A stretch of DNA of 64,000 bases from Octopus vulgaris. Lineage: Eukaryota. The stretch spans positions 61,442,001 through 61,506,000 of the forward strand of contig OX597820.1 in NCBI GenBank assembly GCA_951406725.2, read 5' to 3'. A model generated the notes under the pieces. It ran no database searches. It worked only from the letters and a program-made list of their open reading frames with translations, and was not told where the DNA came from. How positions within the stretch are numbered: the first letter of the stretch is position 1; each line of letters opens with the position of its first letter. Of the stretch, positions 13,765 to 25,820 are shown piece by piece. Made by a program: the position numbers and the translations under genes.

Positions 13765-14952
13765 TAATATAATAATATAATGAAATTATTGTATACAGTG
13801 CTGAGGTGCACCACAACTTGTCAAAAAGTGCGTATAAAGCATATGCAGTAATGTACAAATGTTTGGAAAGTGAACAGTGTATGAGTCATTTACATGCTTG
13901 CTTGTGTATGGAGGGGAGAAAATCAGGTGTAGTGTTGGCAAATCTCAGGAAGCATGGAAGTTTTGAAGGATGCAGTGCTCCAACAACTAACGATTGATGC
14001 TTCAACAACTCTTAGCGTGAAAAAATGTTTCCTAAAGTCATGGGAGCTGTGCTGTTTTCTGACTTTGTAAACATGTCCACAGGGTGTTAGACAGATGGAG
14101 TTTGAAAAGGTGCTCAGAGTTATTGTTTGTAAGATGGTTAATAATTTTATCGGTGTCTGCCAAGTCAGCTGCCAGATGTCGGAGTTTCAATGTATCCATG
14201 CCCAGGGAAGTAAGGCATTCAGAATATGGCAAATGCCTGATGGAGGGTATTCTCTTGGTTGCACGTCGCTGAACAGATTCCAGACGATTAATATCCTGGG
14301 CAAGATAGGGGTTCCAGACCGGTGATGCAAATTCCAGGTGAGGTTGCACCATAGCTATATAAAGCTGCAGATAGATAGCCGGAGAGCGGCTCACAAAGGA
14401 CTTCGTGAGTGATGCAAAGACACCCTCAGCCTTCTTGGCAATTTTAGCAATGTGTTTTGTCCAATGCAAATCGCTGTTGACAATAATACCCAGGTCACAT
14501 TCACAAGAAGACTTTTTGAAATTAGTGTTGTGGAGGGAGTAAGTAGACGCTGGGTTTCTCCTCCCAAAATGCATGGTGGTACATTTGTCCACAGCCAGCT
14601 TGAGTTGCCAGTCCATGACCCACTGCTGCATTGTGTCCAGGTCTAATTGCAATAAAGATCTATAGTGTACAGGATCTGACCTCTCTATTTCGAGGTACAG
14701 CTTGATGTCATCTGCATATTTCAGCACTGTTGCATCTATGTCATTAACATATGCAACAAATAAAAGGGGACCATGAACAGATCCCTGTGGTACACCAGAT
14801 GTCATCTCATAGGGTGAAGAGTGCTGTCCTAGAACTGTGACAACCTCTTTTCGGCCGATAATGAAGGACTTCAACCAGTTATAGCGATCATCTCTTACAC
14901 CCATTGCAGAGAGTTTCACCATAAGTCTTTTGTGTGGCACAGAATTAAAAGC
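13765..14952 (-). mobile_element. CR1-clade LINE, 5'-truncated (RT domain and 3' UTR)
   Basis: ORF 14038-14940: SGVPQGSVHGPLLF, KYADDIKLY, PHLEFASPVWNP, LESVQRRATK. Confidence 0.92.
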
Positions 14953-15269
14953 CAGTTAGGCGACTTTGATATACTGGAAATTATATTCTCTTAAGTGACT
15001 TTTTAAAAAAATAAATCCAAACTAATAAATGATGTAAGCACTCTGATTTTATTCTTGTATCATTTGTCATGTATTATACATACATACATACATACATACA
15101 TACATACATACATACATACACACACACACATACATACATACATACATACATACATACATACATACATACATACATACATACACACAAACATACATACATA
15201 CATACATACATACATACATACATACATACATACATACATACATACATACATACATACATACATACATAC

Positions 15270-15967
15270 GTTGGTTGTGATAACCGATGCAGACTTTGTG
15301 GAGTTAACACCAAAGATATCAACCACATTATAAGCAGTTGTCTGAAAATGTCATCACGGTTGTAGCTGGGACAATGTAGAATGAGATTCATTGAACGGGA
15401 AACCCCAAAGACAAAGAAATAAGAATGCACAGTATGGTGGAAGCCATAGTGATTCATAATAGAAAGGAGTATTGTTGGAATGTCCAAGTGAAATCCTCAG
15501 TAAATTGTAAACAGAATAGACCTGATATAATGGTTTGGGATAGAGAAGAGAAACTGTGTACAATTGAGGAAATTAGTTGCCCAGCAGATGTTAACATAAA
15601 CCTGAAGGTCAGTGAAAAAGAGAATACCTATGCTGAACTATTGAGAAATCTGCAGTTACTCTATCCAGATTACAAGTTCAGGTTTATACTTGTAATTATT
15701 GGGGCCCTGAGATATGTAACACACTACCTAAATACCAATCTTGAGAAATTATGTATCTCAAAACCAGAAAGGAGGAAGCTGTTTCAAAGGCTATAGATCC
15801 AAGCAATCACTGGAACTGTAAAAATCGGTAAGACTTTCCAGAAGTTTATCATTAAAGTATATATGACCATATATAGATATGCAAGTATATGCATGAGAAT
15901 ACATGCATAAAACAAAGTATACAAATCTACACATGTACATACATACATACATACATACATACATACA

Positions 15968-16001
<34 letters not shown>

Positions 16002-16165
16002 CATACATACATACATGCATATATACATACATACATATGTACAGAAATGCCCAGTTGTTGATGTTGAAATTCCAGTGAAGGAGCTTTGGATCTAGGTTAG
16101 AAACCAGCTCTTTCTCTATTGATAAGAAGTCTTGAAATAAAAACTGAATAATAGCATGCATACAT
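15270..16165 (+). mobile_element. R4/Dong-clade LINE 3' end (CCHC knuckle and restriction-like endonuclease) flanked by (TACA)n
   Basis: CRLCGVNTKDINHIISSC; NRPDIMVWD...EEISCPAD...KENTY...IIGAL; 5' truncation directly at a (TACA)n array. Confidence 0.88.
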
Positions 16166-16485
16166 ATGGCTGGACACTTCATTGATTATAGGCGTTCCAG
16201 TTGATTTTATCAAGGTGACAGCTTGCATGTAAAACTAATGTATAAGTGGCCAGGCACTCCACAGCATGTATTCCACTGTTGACTACAGACACCAGATCCA
16301 AACGCATGGATGATTCTAAGTTAGGTGAAGAATAAACAATAACATAGATGGGTTGTACACATGTTCTTTATTGATGAATAGCTTCTGCCATTCACTCTCG
16401 CAGCCATAACCTAGTTGGGTGAGTCGTCTTACACTAAGGTCTATTTTGTGAGAAGTTCTAATTGTCAAATTTTCTCTTTACTTAC

Positions 16486-16563
16486 CTGAAGAAAACAGGT
16501 TTTTCTCATGGTGTAACACTTTTGTAAATCAATAAAGAACACATCTGAGATAGCTGTAGTGAA
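16486..16563 (-). CDS. Candidate 78-nt exon (phase 0-0)
   Basis: Consensus donor CAG|gtaagt at 16486; acceptor ttgcag with weak pyrimidine tract; open frame FTTAISDVFFIDLQKCYTMRKTCFLQ. Confidence 0.25.
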
Positions 16564-16594
16564 CTGCAACTCATGTTATTATTTATATACATAT

Positions 16595-17680
16595 AGATAA
16601 AAATCATTGATTAAAGAACAAACATCAAATTCAGAACAACAACTTTATATGACCTCGCGTTTCTATACATATCATCATATACAAGTAATCCTTTCTACTA
16701 TAGAATGAAAGGCAAAGTTGACTTCAGCAGAATTTGAACTCAGAACGTAACAGTAGATGAAATACCGCTAAGTATTTCGCCCGGCGTGTTCACAATTCTG
16801 CCAGCTCACCGCCTGTATCATGTTCAAATAATACCATGGCCTTCAACACATATATAAACACAGAAAGTGCTTATATATATGCATATACATATATATATAT
16901 ATATATATGCATATATATATATATATATATATATGCACATATAAAAAAACGAAAATATATACAAGGACCTGTCCGGAAAAATGTATGTAAAAATCAACTA
17001 AAATAGGTGACTAAAATGAATTTACCTATCGACTAAAAATGCATCAAAATAGTCCATTCTTAAAAATGAAGCAATCCATGGTAGGTCCAGTATCCAAGGA
17101 GCATAAAAGAGTTCCAAAAAGAAGGGGAGGTCAAAATCCACATCTATGGCCATTTTGAGAGTTCATTGCTGCAGCCCAATTGCAAGTTAAAGCGCATCTC
17201 AACAATGACCCCCACCCCTCATCTTGCAATTGCTTTAAATAGCAATTGGACTGCGGCAATGAACTCCCAAAATGGCCATAGATGTGGATTTTGACCTGCC
17301 TTTTTTTTTGGAACTCTCTTACACTCCTTGGAAAACCAACTTACCATGGATTGCTTCATTTTTAAGAACTGGCTATTTTGATATAGTTTTAATCGTTGGC
17401 TAATTTTTTTAGTTAATTGATATGTTTTAATAATTCATTTACATCACATATTTTAGTTAAGTTTTATATAAATTTTTCCAGACAGGTCCTTCTATATATT
17501 TTTGTATTTTTTACATGTACATATATATATTTTTTACCTTCGGTGTTTATATATGTATTTCTTTTATATGTTGAAAGCCATGGTATTATTTGTATATGAT
17601 GAAATATATAGAAGTGTGGGATTATATGTCATTGGCCCGAATTTGATGTTTGTTCTCTAATCAATGATTCTTGTCTCTGT
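16595..17680. repeat. Long imperfect palindrome (fold-back), left arm interrupted by a SINE
   Basis: e.g. ggtcaaaatccacatctatggccattttgagagttcattg (~17129) vs caatgaactcccaaaatggccatagatgtggattttgacc (~17257); arms extend to aatcattgattaaagaacaaacatcaaattc / gaatttgatgtttgttctctaatcaatgatt. Confidence 0.9.
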
Positions 17681-17757
17681 CTCAATTTCACTTGAACACT
17701 TCTTTTTGCAGTCCTATATACCTCTTTTTGTTTCCATAAAAAAAGAAAATTATTTCT

Positions 17758-17803
<46 letters not shown>

Positions 17804-18036
17804 AAAAAAACAGAAAAAAGACAAGAATAAAACAACAACAATCGAGTACATGGTACATGCAAAGTATTAATAAGACATTCAATATATAGAAGTGTGGGAT
17901 TATATGTCATTGGCCCGAATTTGATGTTTGTTCTCTAATCAATGATTCTTGTCTCTGTCTCAATTTCACTTGAACACTTCTTTTTTGCAGTCCTATATAC
18001 CTCTTTTTGTTTCCATAAAAAAAGAAAATTATTTCT

Positions 18037-18080
<44 letters not shown>

Positions 18081-18159
18081 AAAAAAAAACAGAAAAAAGA
18101 CAAGAATAAAACAACAACAATCGAGTACATGGTACATGCAAAGTATTAATAAGACATTC
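17603..18159. repeat. Near-perfect 278/279-bp tandem duplication
   Basis: 17603-17880 matches 17881-18159 apart from (TA)n/poly-A length. Confidence 0.95.
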
Positions 18160-18179
18160 AGGAGAGGAAAGAAAGGGTG

Positions 18180-18214
18180 TTTTATGTTTTGAGCAAAAGG
18201 CTCTTCTTCAGAAA
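18180..18214 (-). ncRNA. Degenerate minimal hammerhead ribozyme motif (family D)
   Basis: ttt CTGAAGA agagc cttt tgctc AAAAC ATA aaa; G12 and the cleavage-triplet G changed to A (CpG-type decay). Confidence 0.5.
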
Positions 18215-18605
18215 TAGGAGACAGAGGAAAGTCCAAAAGAAAAGGAAGTTGGAGGAAAAAATTTGTCAACAATCCACATATAGCTGGAATATATGTATCT
18301 TTTATTTTTTTATCTTTTATCATTTACTTGTTTCAGTCATTAGACTGTGACCATGCTGGAACACAACCATGAAAAATTTTTTTAGTCAAAATAATCCACC
18401 CCTGTACTTACTTTATATATAACCCTGGTTCTCGTTCTATCAGCTTTTTCCTTTTACTGAACAGCTAAGTTATGGGGATGGAAACACATTAGTACCAGTT
18501 GTTAAACAGTGGTTGGGGACAAACTGAAACACAAACACACATGTGTGCATGTGCACACACACACACACAAACACACACATACACATGCAAATATACATAT
18601 ATGTA

Positions 18606-18652
<47 letters not shown>

Positions 18653-18702
18653 ATATGTGTAAGCACACGTTTACATGTGTACATATGTAAGTATTTCTTA
18701 AC

Positions 18703-19680
18703 AAACCAACCGTAACGAAGACAATTGAAATTTAAATTTACCAGCCAATCATATTTAGCGTTTGATTTTTAACTATTTCTGAACGTAATACTTTACACAT
18801 ATCACTGTCAAAATTATGGCCTGCACTCGCATATACGTTTGTACACTTGTGGAACTTGATATCATGTAAACTAATGTTTTTCATTTTTCATTTTATATGT
18901 ATATGCCGATCTTTAATGCTTTGCATGGTACTGTAGTATTATTGTTGTTGTTTTTGCTATTATGTTGCTAACCGCATGATGCATATATTATTTTGCTGGT
19001 ATTAATGTTATTAATAATAATAATAATGATATTAGTAGCAATAGTGGCAATGATAATAGTAATGATGGTAATATCAATGGCATTTTGTAACTTGATATAA
19101 TGAACTCTTGACTTTGTATATCTGTATTTGAATATGGATATGTGTATGTTTTATAAATTGTAATATCATAATATTATGTTGACCAACTGTAACATTGAAT
19201 ATAGAACATATGTATGTATATTGATCTATATTATTATGTATATGTATATATATATGTACAGGAGTATGGGTATATGCACTCATATGTATGTGTATATTAT
19301 ATTTTATGGGTATGTACCCACTCTTGTATGGGTGTACCTCCTCTGATATTCATATTTAATTTAGTTTGTATTTCATAATCTCTGAAGAGGCCTTTTGGGA
19401 TATTTTTGTAAGTGTCTCATTTATAACTACCTATTGACCTATCACACATGGCTTATATGAGCATAATGAGACACCCATATCTGCATGGCCAAAACAGCTG
19501 TAAGATGTAGTTTATATTTATATTCACTTATGCATACTGTACTTATTATATCATATTACTCTTTCATGTACATTGTTTTGTTCTATATTATTATGTAGTG
19601 GTTTAATAAATTATGTGATTGGGTATTATCTGGTAGTTGATCATTGATTAAGATGTGTTTCTCCATTTTCTTATTTTGTA
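18703..19680 (+). mobile_element. Penelope-like non-coding 3' region/pLTR (family B); paralogue at 56740-57655
   Basis: Colinear with 56740-57655 from accaaccgtaa to gtattatctggta; carries an HHR; ends in (TA)n. Confidence 0.7.
19378..19506 (+). ncRNA. Type I hammerhead ribozyme, G12A variant (family B)
   Basis: atct CTGAAGA ggcc...(inner stem gtgtctcatt/aatgagacac)...ggcc AAAAC agct GTA agat. Confidence 0.7.
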
Positions 19681-19867
19681 TATATATATATATATACAAT
19701 GGGCTTCTTGTAACATCTGTCTACCAAATCCATTCACAAGACTTTAGTCAGCCCGAGGCTATAGTAGAAGACACTTACCCAAGGTGCTAAGCAATGGGAC
19801 TGAATCTGGAAACATGTGGTTGGGAAACAAACTTAACATACTGCCACACCATATCTGTATCTGTCTG

Positions 19868-19962
<95 letters not shown>

Positions 19963-20066
19963 ATTCAGGGTGAGTACTTGATAATTGTAAGCACCTGTAT
20001 ATAGCGTTTGGTGGTGTAGGTGGTGGAGTAAATTAATCAAAATAAAAACATGATGCCAAGGATTTA

Positions 20067-20144
20067 GCAGTACATATGTTTCGGGCCTTTATTAGATGGA
20101 TTTATAACAATGCATAATGTGTGTCTATGGCCTTCTTCAGCCGC
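20067..20144 (-). ncRNA. Type I hammerhead ribozyme in the inverted pLTR (family A)
   Basis: gcgg CTGAAGA aggcc...ggccc GAAAC atat GTA ctgc; stem I has one G-U pair. Confidence 0.75.
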
Positions 20145-20616
20145 GCACAATTACTACTTCAAGGACATGTATTACATCAAAAATTCTACGTTGGGGATGC
20201 AAATCCTCTCAGTCGCGTACGACATAATGCGGTACCAGCACAAAAACGTAATCTATTCATGTGAGGTGAGTACCCAGTTTAACACACTCACCTACATAGG
20301 TTGCTCGACCTCCTGGAAATTCAGATACTACAACCACCGGTCCTCATTCAAGTATAGACACAAGGCTAGCAGCACCTCCCTATCTAAAAAAATTTGGGAA
20401 TTAAAAGACAATAGCATAGGTTTCAAACTCAGGTGGTCCATCATCGGATCAGCTGCACCTTATTTAAATAATAGAACAGGATGCCAGCTGTGTTGTGTGG
20501 AACTCCTGAATATCTTGAAATTCAAGGAGAAACACAATCTAATTAATAAAAGATCTGAATTCAAGCCCTCTTGTATACACAAACTAACCAATACTTTTAA
20601 ATACTACAAAGCTTAG
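20110..20616 (+). CDS. PLE GIY-YIG endonuclease domain (from ~20244), in frame with sequence from the inverted pLTR
   Basis: NVIYSCEV...TYIGCSTSWKFRYYNHRSSF...TSLSKKIWELKD...CQLCCVE...LINKRSE...CIH; no internal stops. Confidence 0.85.
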   Translation: MHNVCLWPSSAAHNYYFKDMYYIKNSTLGMQILSVAYDIMRYQHKNVIYSCEVSTQFNTLTYIGCSTSWKFRYYNHRSSFKYRHKASSTSLSKKIWELKDNSIGFKLRWSIIGSAAPYLNNRTGCQLCCVELLNILKFKEKHNLINKRSEFKPSCIHKLTNTFKYYKA

Positions 20617-21522
20617 GCTATTATACCAACTCCCCCATGCAATATTCTCCTATCCAAGTACAACTTGTCGGCTCCAGCACATCCCGTTTTTTTTCCTATA
20701 TATATATTTTTTTTTCCTATATATATATTTTGTCTCCCATATATTTTTTTTTCCTATATATTTCTTTTCCTACATCTATCTTTTTCCTATATATAGATTT
20801 TTTCCCTATATCTATACCTTTTTCCATTTCTAGCTTTGATGTTGAGCGCACACCCCTGAACCTCGCTTCCCACCCTTTCACTTATGACTACTCCATAATT
20901 TTCCCCTCCTCCCTGCCTCAGTTCCCCTCCCCGCCCCTAGGTGGTCACCTTTTAACACACACCTGTAATTTTACCTTTGCAACCACCTTTTATTTTTACC
21001 TTCATTTCATGTTAATCTTTACTCGATTATCTTTATGTTTTATTTTATTTTATTTTTTATTTCTGATTTTTAATTTTATCCTTATTTTTACTTATTTTTA
21101 CCCCTATTTTATCACTTTTTATCTCTATGTATGTCTATTTTTAGTTCTTTTTCCTTATATGCTTATCTATGTATCTGTATGTATATGTATATATGTGTGT
21201 GCGTATGAATATGTATGTGTGTTTATATGTGTATGCCTTTTTATATATTTTTTTAATATTGTTTAAATATTTTTAAAATATTTTTTTAATATATTTTATA
21301 TATATCTATATATATATATATATGTGTGTGTGTCTGTGTATGTATATGTATGTGTATACGCATATATAGACACACAGATATGTGTGTGTGCATGTGGATG
21401 TGTGTGTGTATGTATGTATACATATATATATATATACGTGTGTGTGTATGTGTATATGTATCATCATCATCATCATCATCATTTAACGTCCGCTTTCCAT
21501 GCTAGCATGGGTTATATATATG

Positions 21523-21555
<33 letters not shown>

Positions 21556-22693
21556 ATATATATGTATATATATATATTCTGTTATACTTTCTTACCCTCA
21601 GGTTTCTTACTTTCATGTCTACCTTTTGTACCCACTATAATTCTGTATCTTGCCTGTGTGCGAGAATGGATCTACTTGTTATACCTGTGTCTGTGCATAT
21701 GCATATTTTTGTGTATATGCATAGGGATCTACTCCCCAATGTGTGTGGGTGTGGGCATGAGTGTGGGTGTATGTATATTTTTGCCCATATGCATAGAGAT
21801 TCACTTCGTCTTGTGAATGAGTGTAAGTGCGAGTGTGCCTGTATGTGCGCATGTGCGTATATACGTATGTATGCGTGTCAGTTCGTGTACCCAACTACAT
21901 GCGCCTTTTCCTGTATGTATCTGTATATTTTTACACAAGAGTACATATATATGCTTGTATGTGTGTGGTTGTGTATGCGTGCGTATATGTACGTGTGTAT
22001 ATGTGTATATGTACGTGTGTATATGTGTATATGTATCCATACGTGTACATATATACATGTTGACCACTAGACAATTTACAAGGAAATAGATAAGCGGTTT
22101 AACCACAAACCAGACAACCCTAATCTACAATATACTGGGTCCCCAGCCGTCCCAGTTGATTTATGACACCCACTGCTTAGGCTTCTACAACCAGAATATG
22201 TCATTTTCCTGACCACCATGTTGGTTCGAAACCACTTTATATCCCTTATCCTTATATTCTTTTATATTTTTATATTCTTATATCCTTTTTTATTTTTGAT
22301 ACTTTTTTAATATTTTTTTATATCTTTATATTCATTTATACTTTTTTTATATTTCTTTATATTTTTATATTTTATATTTCTATATTTATACTTTTTTATC
22401 TTTTATATTTTTATATTTTTTTATCTTTCGTCCTTAATTCTCGCCCCTCTATCTTTATCCCTATTTACTCTTATTTCCAGGTTCCTTCACGTCTGTGTGT
22501 ATTTATATATTTATTTATTTATTTATTTATATTACCTCAACATCCAAACTTCCTCATTCTACATTGAGAGAAAGACGGGATGGACGCTTCATTTTTGTGC
22601 TGGTACCGCATTATGTCGTACACGACTGAGAGTATTTGCATCCCCAATGTAGAATTTTTGATGTAATACATGTCCTTGAAGTAGTAATTGTGC

Positions 22694-22771
22694 GCGGCTG
22701 AAGAAGGCCATAGACACACATTATGCATTGTTATAAATCCGTCTAATAAAGGCCCGAAACATATGTACCGC
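22694..22771 (+). ncRNA. Type I hammerhead ribozyme in the 3' pLTR (family A)
   Basis: gcgg CTGAAGA aggcc...ggccc GAAAC atat GTA ccgc; intact core, palindromic stem III (acatatgt). Confidence 0.8.
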
Positions 22772-22810
22772 TGAATCCTTGGCATCATGTTTTTATTTTG
22801 ATTAATATAT

Positions 22811-23002
22811 ATATCTACATACATACATACATGTGTGTGCATATATATATTGTGACCACGTGTATATCGTTGGTGATTTTTTTTTCTCCATCTTCCCTTC
22901 CTTGGATCTTTCCTTTTCCTATGTTTCTGACAAAGATCTCCACTCAAAACGTTAAATCATCCTTCTTTCCTGAGCGTCCAATAACACTATACTTGTTTGG
23001 AT

Positions 23003-23058
<56 letters not shown>

Positions 23059-23294
23059 ATCCAAACATGAAAACACAAAGAGAAAACACAACAACGCGAG
23101 GAAGTGGAACAAGTATAGTGTTATTGGACGCTCAGGAAAGAAGGAGGATTTAACGTTTCGAGTGGAGATCTTTGTCAGAAACATAGGAAAAGGAAAGATC
23201 CAAGGAAGGGAAGATGGAGAAAAAAAAATCACCAACGATACACACGTGGTCACAATATATATATGCACACACATGTATGTATGTATGTAGATAT
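22811..23294. repeat. Near-perfect palindrome centred on (TA)n; arms carry a degenerate family D HHR
   Basis: Arms 22811-23006 / 23055-23294; ttt CTGACAA agatctccactc (G/A)AAAC GTT aaa in both arms. Confidence 0.9.
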
Positions 23295-23649
23295 GTACGT
23301 ACGTATGTATATATTATATATGTATGTACGTACGTATGTATGTATGCATGTATGTATGTATGTATGTATGTATGTATGTATGTATATATGTATGTTTGTA
23401 TGTATGTATATATGTACTTACGTATGTCTGTCTGTATGTATGTAATTTGACATTTCAGCAATGATGTTCACCACATTATGAGACAACTGGTATGGTAGTA
23501 TCAAATTACATATGAGCTTGCATGTCAAACATGCAAACTGATAGGTGTATGGTGTCATTATTGTGATAGTAGGCCTCACTTGTAGCTTCAGAAGAGGAAT
23601 GTATCTCACTATAGACAAACAGGGATTACATGCGATGCTGAAACTGTGA

Positions 23650-23820
23650 ATATGTGCAAGAGTGGCTGTGTAGTAAGAAGCTTGCTCCCCAACCACATGG
23701 TTTTGGGTTTAGTCCCAATGTGTGGTACCATGGACAAGTGTCTTCTCCTAATGACTTCAGCCAACTAAAGCCTTGTGAGTGGATTTGGTTGATGGAAACT
23801 GAAAGAATCTTATCATATAC

Positions 23821-23866
<46 letters not shown>

Positions 23867-24770
23867 TTACCTGGACTTTGCTAAGGCTTTTAACTCTGTG
23901 CCACACAAAAGACTTATGGTGAAGCTTTCTGTGTTGGGTGTAAGAGACGAACTCTATAACTGGTTGAAGTCCTTTATTTTTGGCCGAAAAGAGGTTGTCA
24001 CAGCTCTAGGACAGCACTCTTTGCCCTATGAGATGACATCTGGTGTACCACAGGGATCTGTTCTTGGCCCCCTTTTGTTTGTTGCATATGTTAATGACAT
24101 GGATGCCAACTTAAACAATAACTCTGAGCACCTTTTCAAACTCCACCCATCTAACACCTGTGGACATATTTACAAAGTCAGAAAACAGCACAGCTCCCAT
24201 GACTTCAGGAAACATTTCTTCACGCTGAGTGTTGCTGAAGCATGGAACAAACTGCCGGCATCAGTTGTTAGTTGTTGGAGCACTGCATCCTTCAAAACTT
24301 CCATGCTTTCTGAGATTCGCCAACGCTACACCTGATTTTCTCCCCTCCATACACACACAAGCATGTATCTGACTCATACATTGTTTGCTTTCCAGACATT
24401 TTTACATTACTGCATGTACTTTATATGCCCTTTCTGACAAGTTGTGGTGCACCTGAGCACTGTATACAATAATTTCATTATTATTATTATTATATATATA
24501 TATAATATATTTGTATACGACGGACTTCTTTCTATATATATATGTATATATATCTATGTGTGTGTGTCTGTGTTTGTCTCCCCATCACTGCTTGACAACC
24601 AGTGTTTGTTTGTTTATGTCCTCATAATTTAGCAGTTCGGCAAAAGGAACCGACAGAATAAGCACCAGGCTTAAAAAATAAGTTCTGGGGTCAATTCATT
24701 CGACTAAAAATTCAATGCAGTGCCCCACCATGACTGCAGTTTAATGACTGAGACAAATAAAGATAAAAAT
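23650..24770 (+). mobile_element. SINE family A split by a CR1 insertion in its central microsatellite
   Basis: Head at 23650-23820 and body at 24510-24770 flank the CR1 at 23866-24490. Confidence 0.75.
23866..24490 (+). mobile_element. CR1 LINE fragment with large internal deletion (same family as 13765-14952)
   Basis: MPHKRLMVKLS...GVPQGSVLGPLLFVAYVNDMDAN joined directly to NNNSEHLFKL...FRKHFFT...WNKLP; (ATT)n tail. Confidence 0.9.
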
Positions 24771-24937
24771 ATAAAAGCTAATAAGGGAGAGGATCAGTCT
24801 GGGTTATTAACTGTCAAATAGAGGAGCCATATTTATGGAGTCATTAAGTGGTCATGGAAGTGAAACTCCAGTTTCTCTCTCCTTTCCTCAAAATATGTCA
24901 GTTAAATCTTGTCTATTCTTGCTTCAGTTGGTCTTAA

Positions 24938-25157
24938 CCCTTTCGTTACCAACCTGACTGAAACCGGCTCTGGCTCTGAGTACATATGTCTTGTTTTCCT
25001 AAGTTTTGAATTCAAATCTTCCACTAAACCCTAGTCCCAATTTATGTTCCTAACAGTAGCTGAATGATAGCTAAGTTATTTTGCTGAATTCTTTGTTACA
25101 TTTAAAGTAACTGAAAGAAACATAGAGCATCTCAAAATAAATACAGTAACGAAAGGG
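24938..25157. mobile_element. piggyBac-type MITE
   Basis: TTAA|ccctttcgttac ... gtaacgaaaggg|TTAA: 12-bp TIR and TTAA TSD. Confidence 0.92.
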
Positions 25158-25346
25158 TTAATGGAAACCCATGTTATGGTTGAATTAACATTGATTTGCC
25201 TTAGCTCTAGTGCCAGGCTACCTCATGTTTACTGAGTTACGTTTTGTTTTTATCTTGATAGCGTTTTCTGTTGTTGAAATCAAAGATTACTAAACCATAC
25301 ATACACATAGACATGTGCATATGTGAGTGTGTTTATATGTATGGAT

Positions 25347-25415
<69 letters not shown>

Positions 25416-25482
25416 TTAAATAAAATGAGACAACAAAGCCAAGGCTGTGTGGAATTTTTTTGAACATTAAAAGAGAAAGTTA

Positions 25483-25530
25483 GTCTTACAGCTGTTTCTG
25501 GGATATCAGGGATATCCCTTCATCAGAGAC
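25483..25530 (-). ncRNA. Type I hammerhead ribozyme, intact (family C)
   Basis: gtct CTGATGA a gggatatc cct gatatccc a GAAAC agct GTA agac. Confidence 0.88.
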
Positions 25531-25772
25531 GATGTGAGATGGTTAAATAGAGGGAAATAGCAGTGTTCAATATAAGGCAATATTTTGGAAAAGGGCAGAA
25601 ATAAGGAGTATGAAGGGAAATAAGAGAATAAAAGTAAAAATAAAAATATATGTAGGATGTTGTAGCTGCAATTCCATTATCCAAGGAAAGTGGAGTATAG
25701 AAGTGGTCGAAATGCTTCTTATCCATAGGATGTAAATTCCAATAGCAGTTTATATTTTGTCCATCTCACATC

Positions 25773-25820
25773 GTCTCTGATGAAGGTATATCCCTAATGT
25801 CCCAGAAACAGCTGTAAGAC
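25773..25820 (+). ncRNA. Type I hammerhead ribozyme (family C), stem II partly mutated
   Basis: gtct CTGATGA aggtatatccctaatgtccca GAAAC agct GTA agac. Confidence 0.8.

Larger units (their letters stand above)
20032..22806 (+). mobile_element. 5'-truncated Penelope-like retroelement with inverted 5' pLTR
   Basis: 215-bp inverted repeat 20032-20246 / 22592-22806, GIY-YIG coding segment, ~2-kb low-complexity 3' region, HHR in both repeats. Confidence 0.9.

Noticed and set aside
12477-16182. Many ORFs of YVCM/HTYI/CVCV type (also 21-23 kb and elsewhere)
   Set aside because: Translations of (TACA)n, (CA)n and (TA)n microsatellites.
20637-22106. Long hydrophobic or Cys-rich ORFs (209 and 248 aa)
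   Set aside because: Low-complexity T-rich and TG-rich 3' region of the Penelope element.
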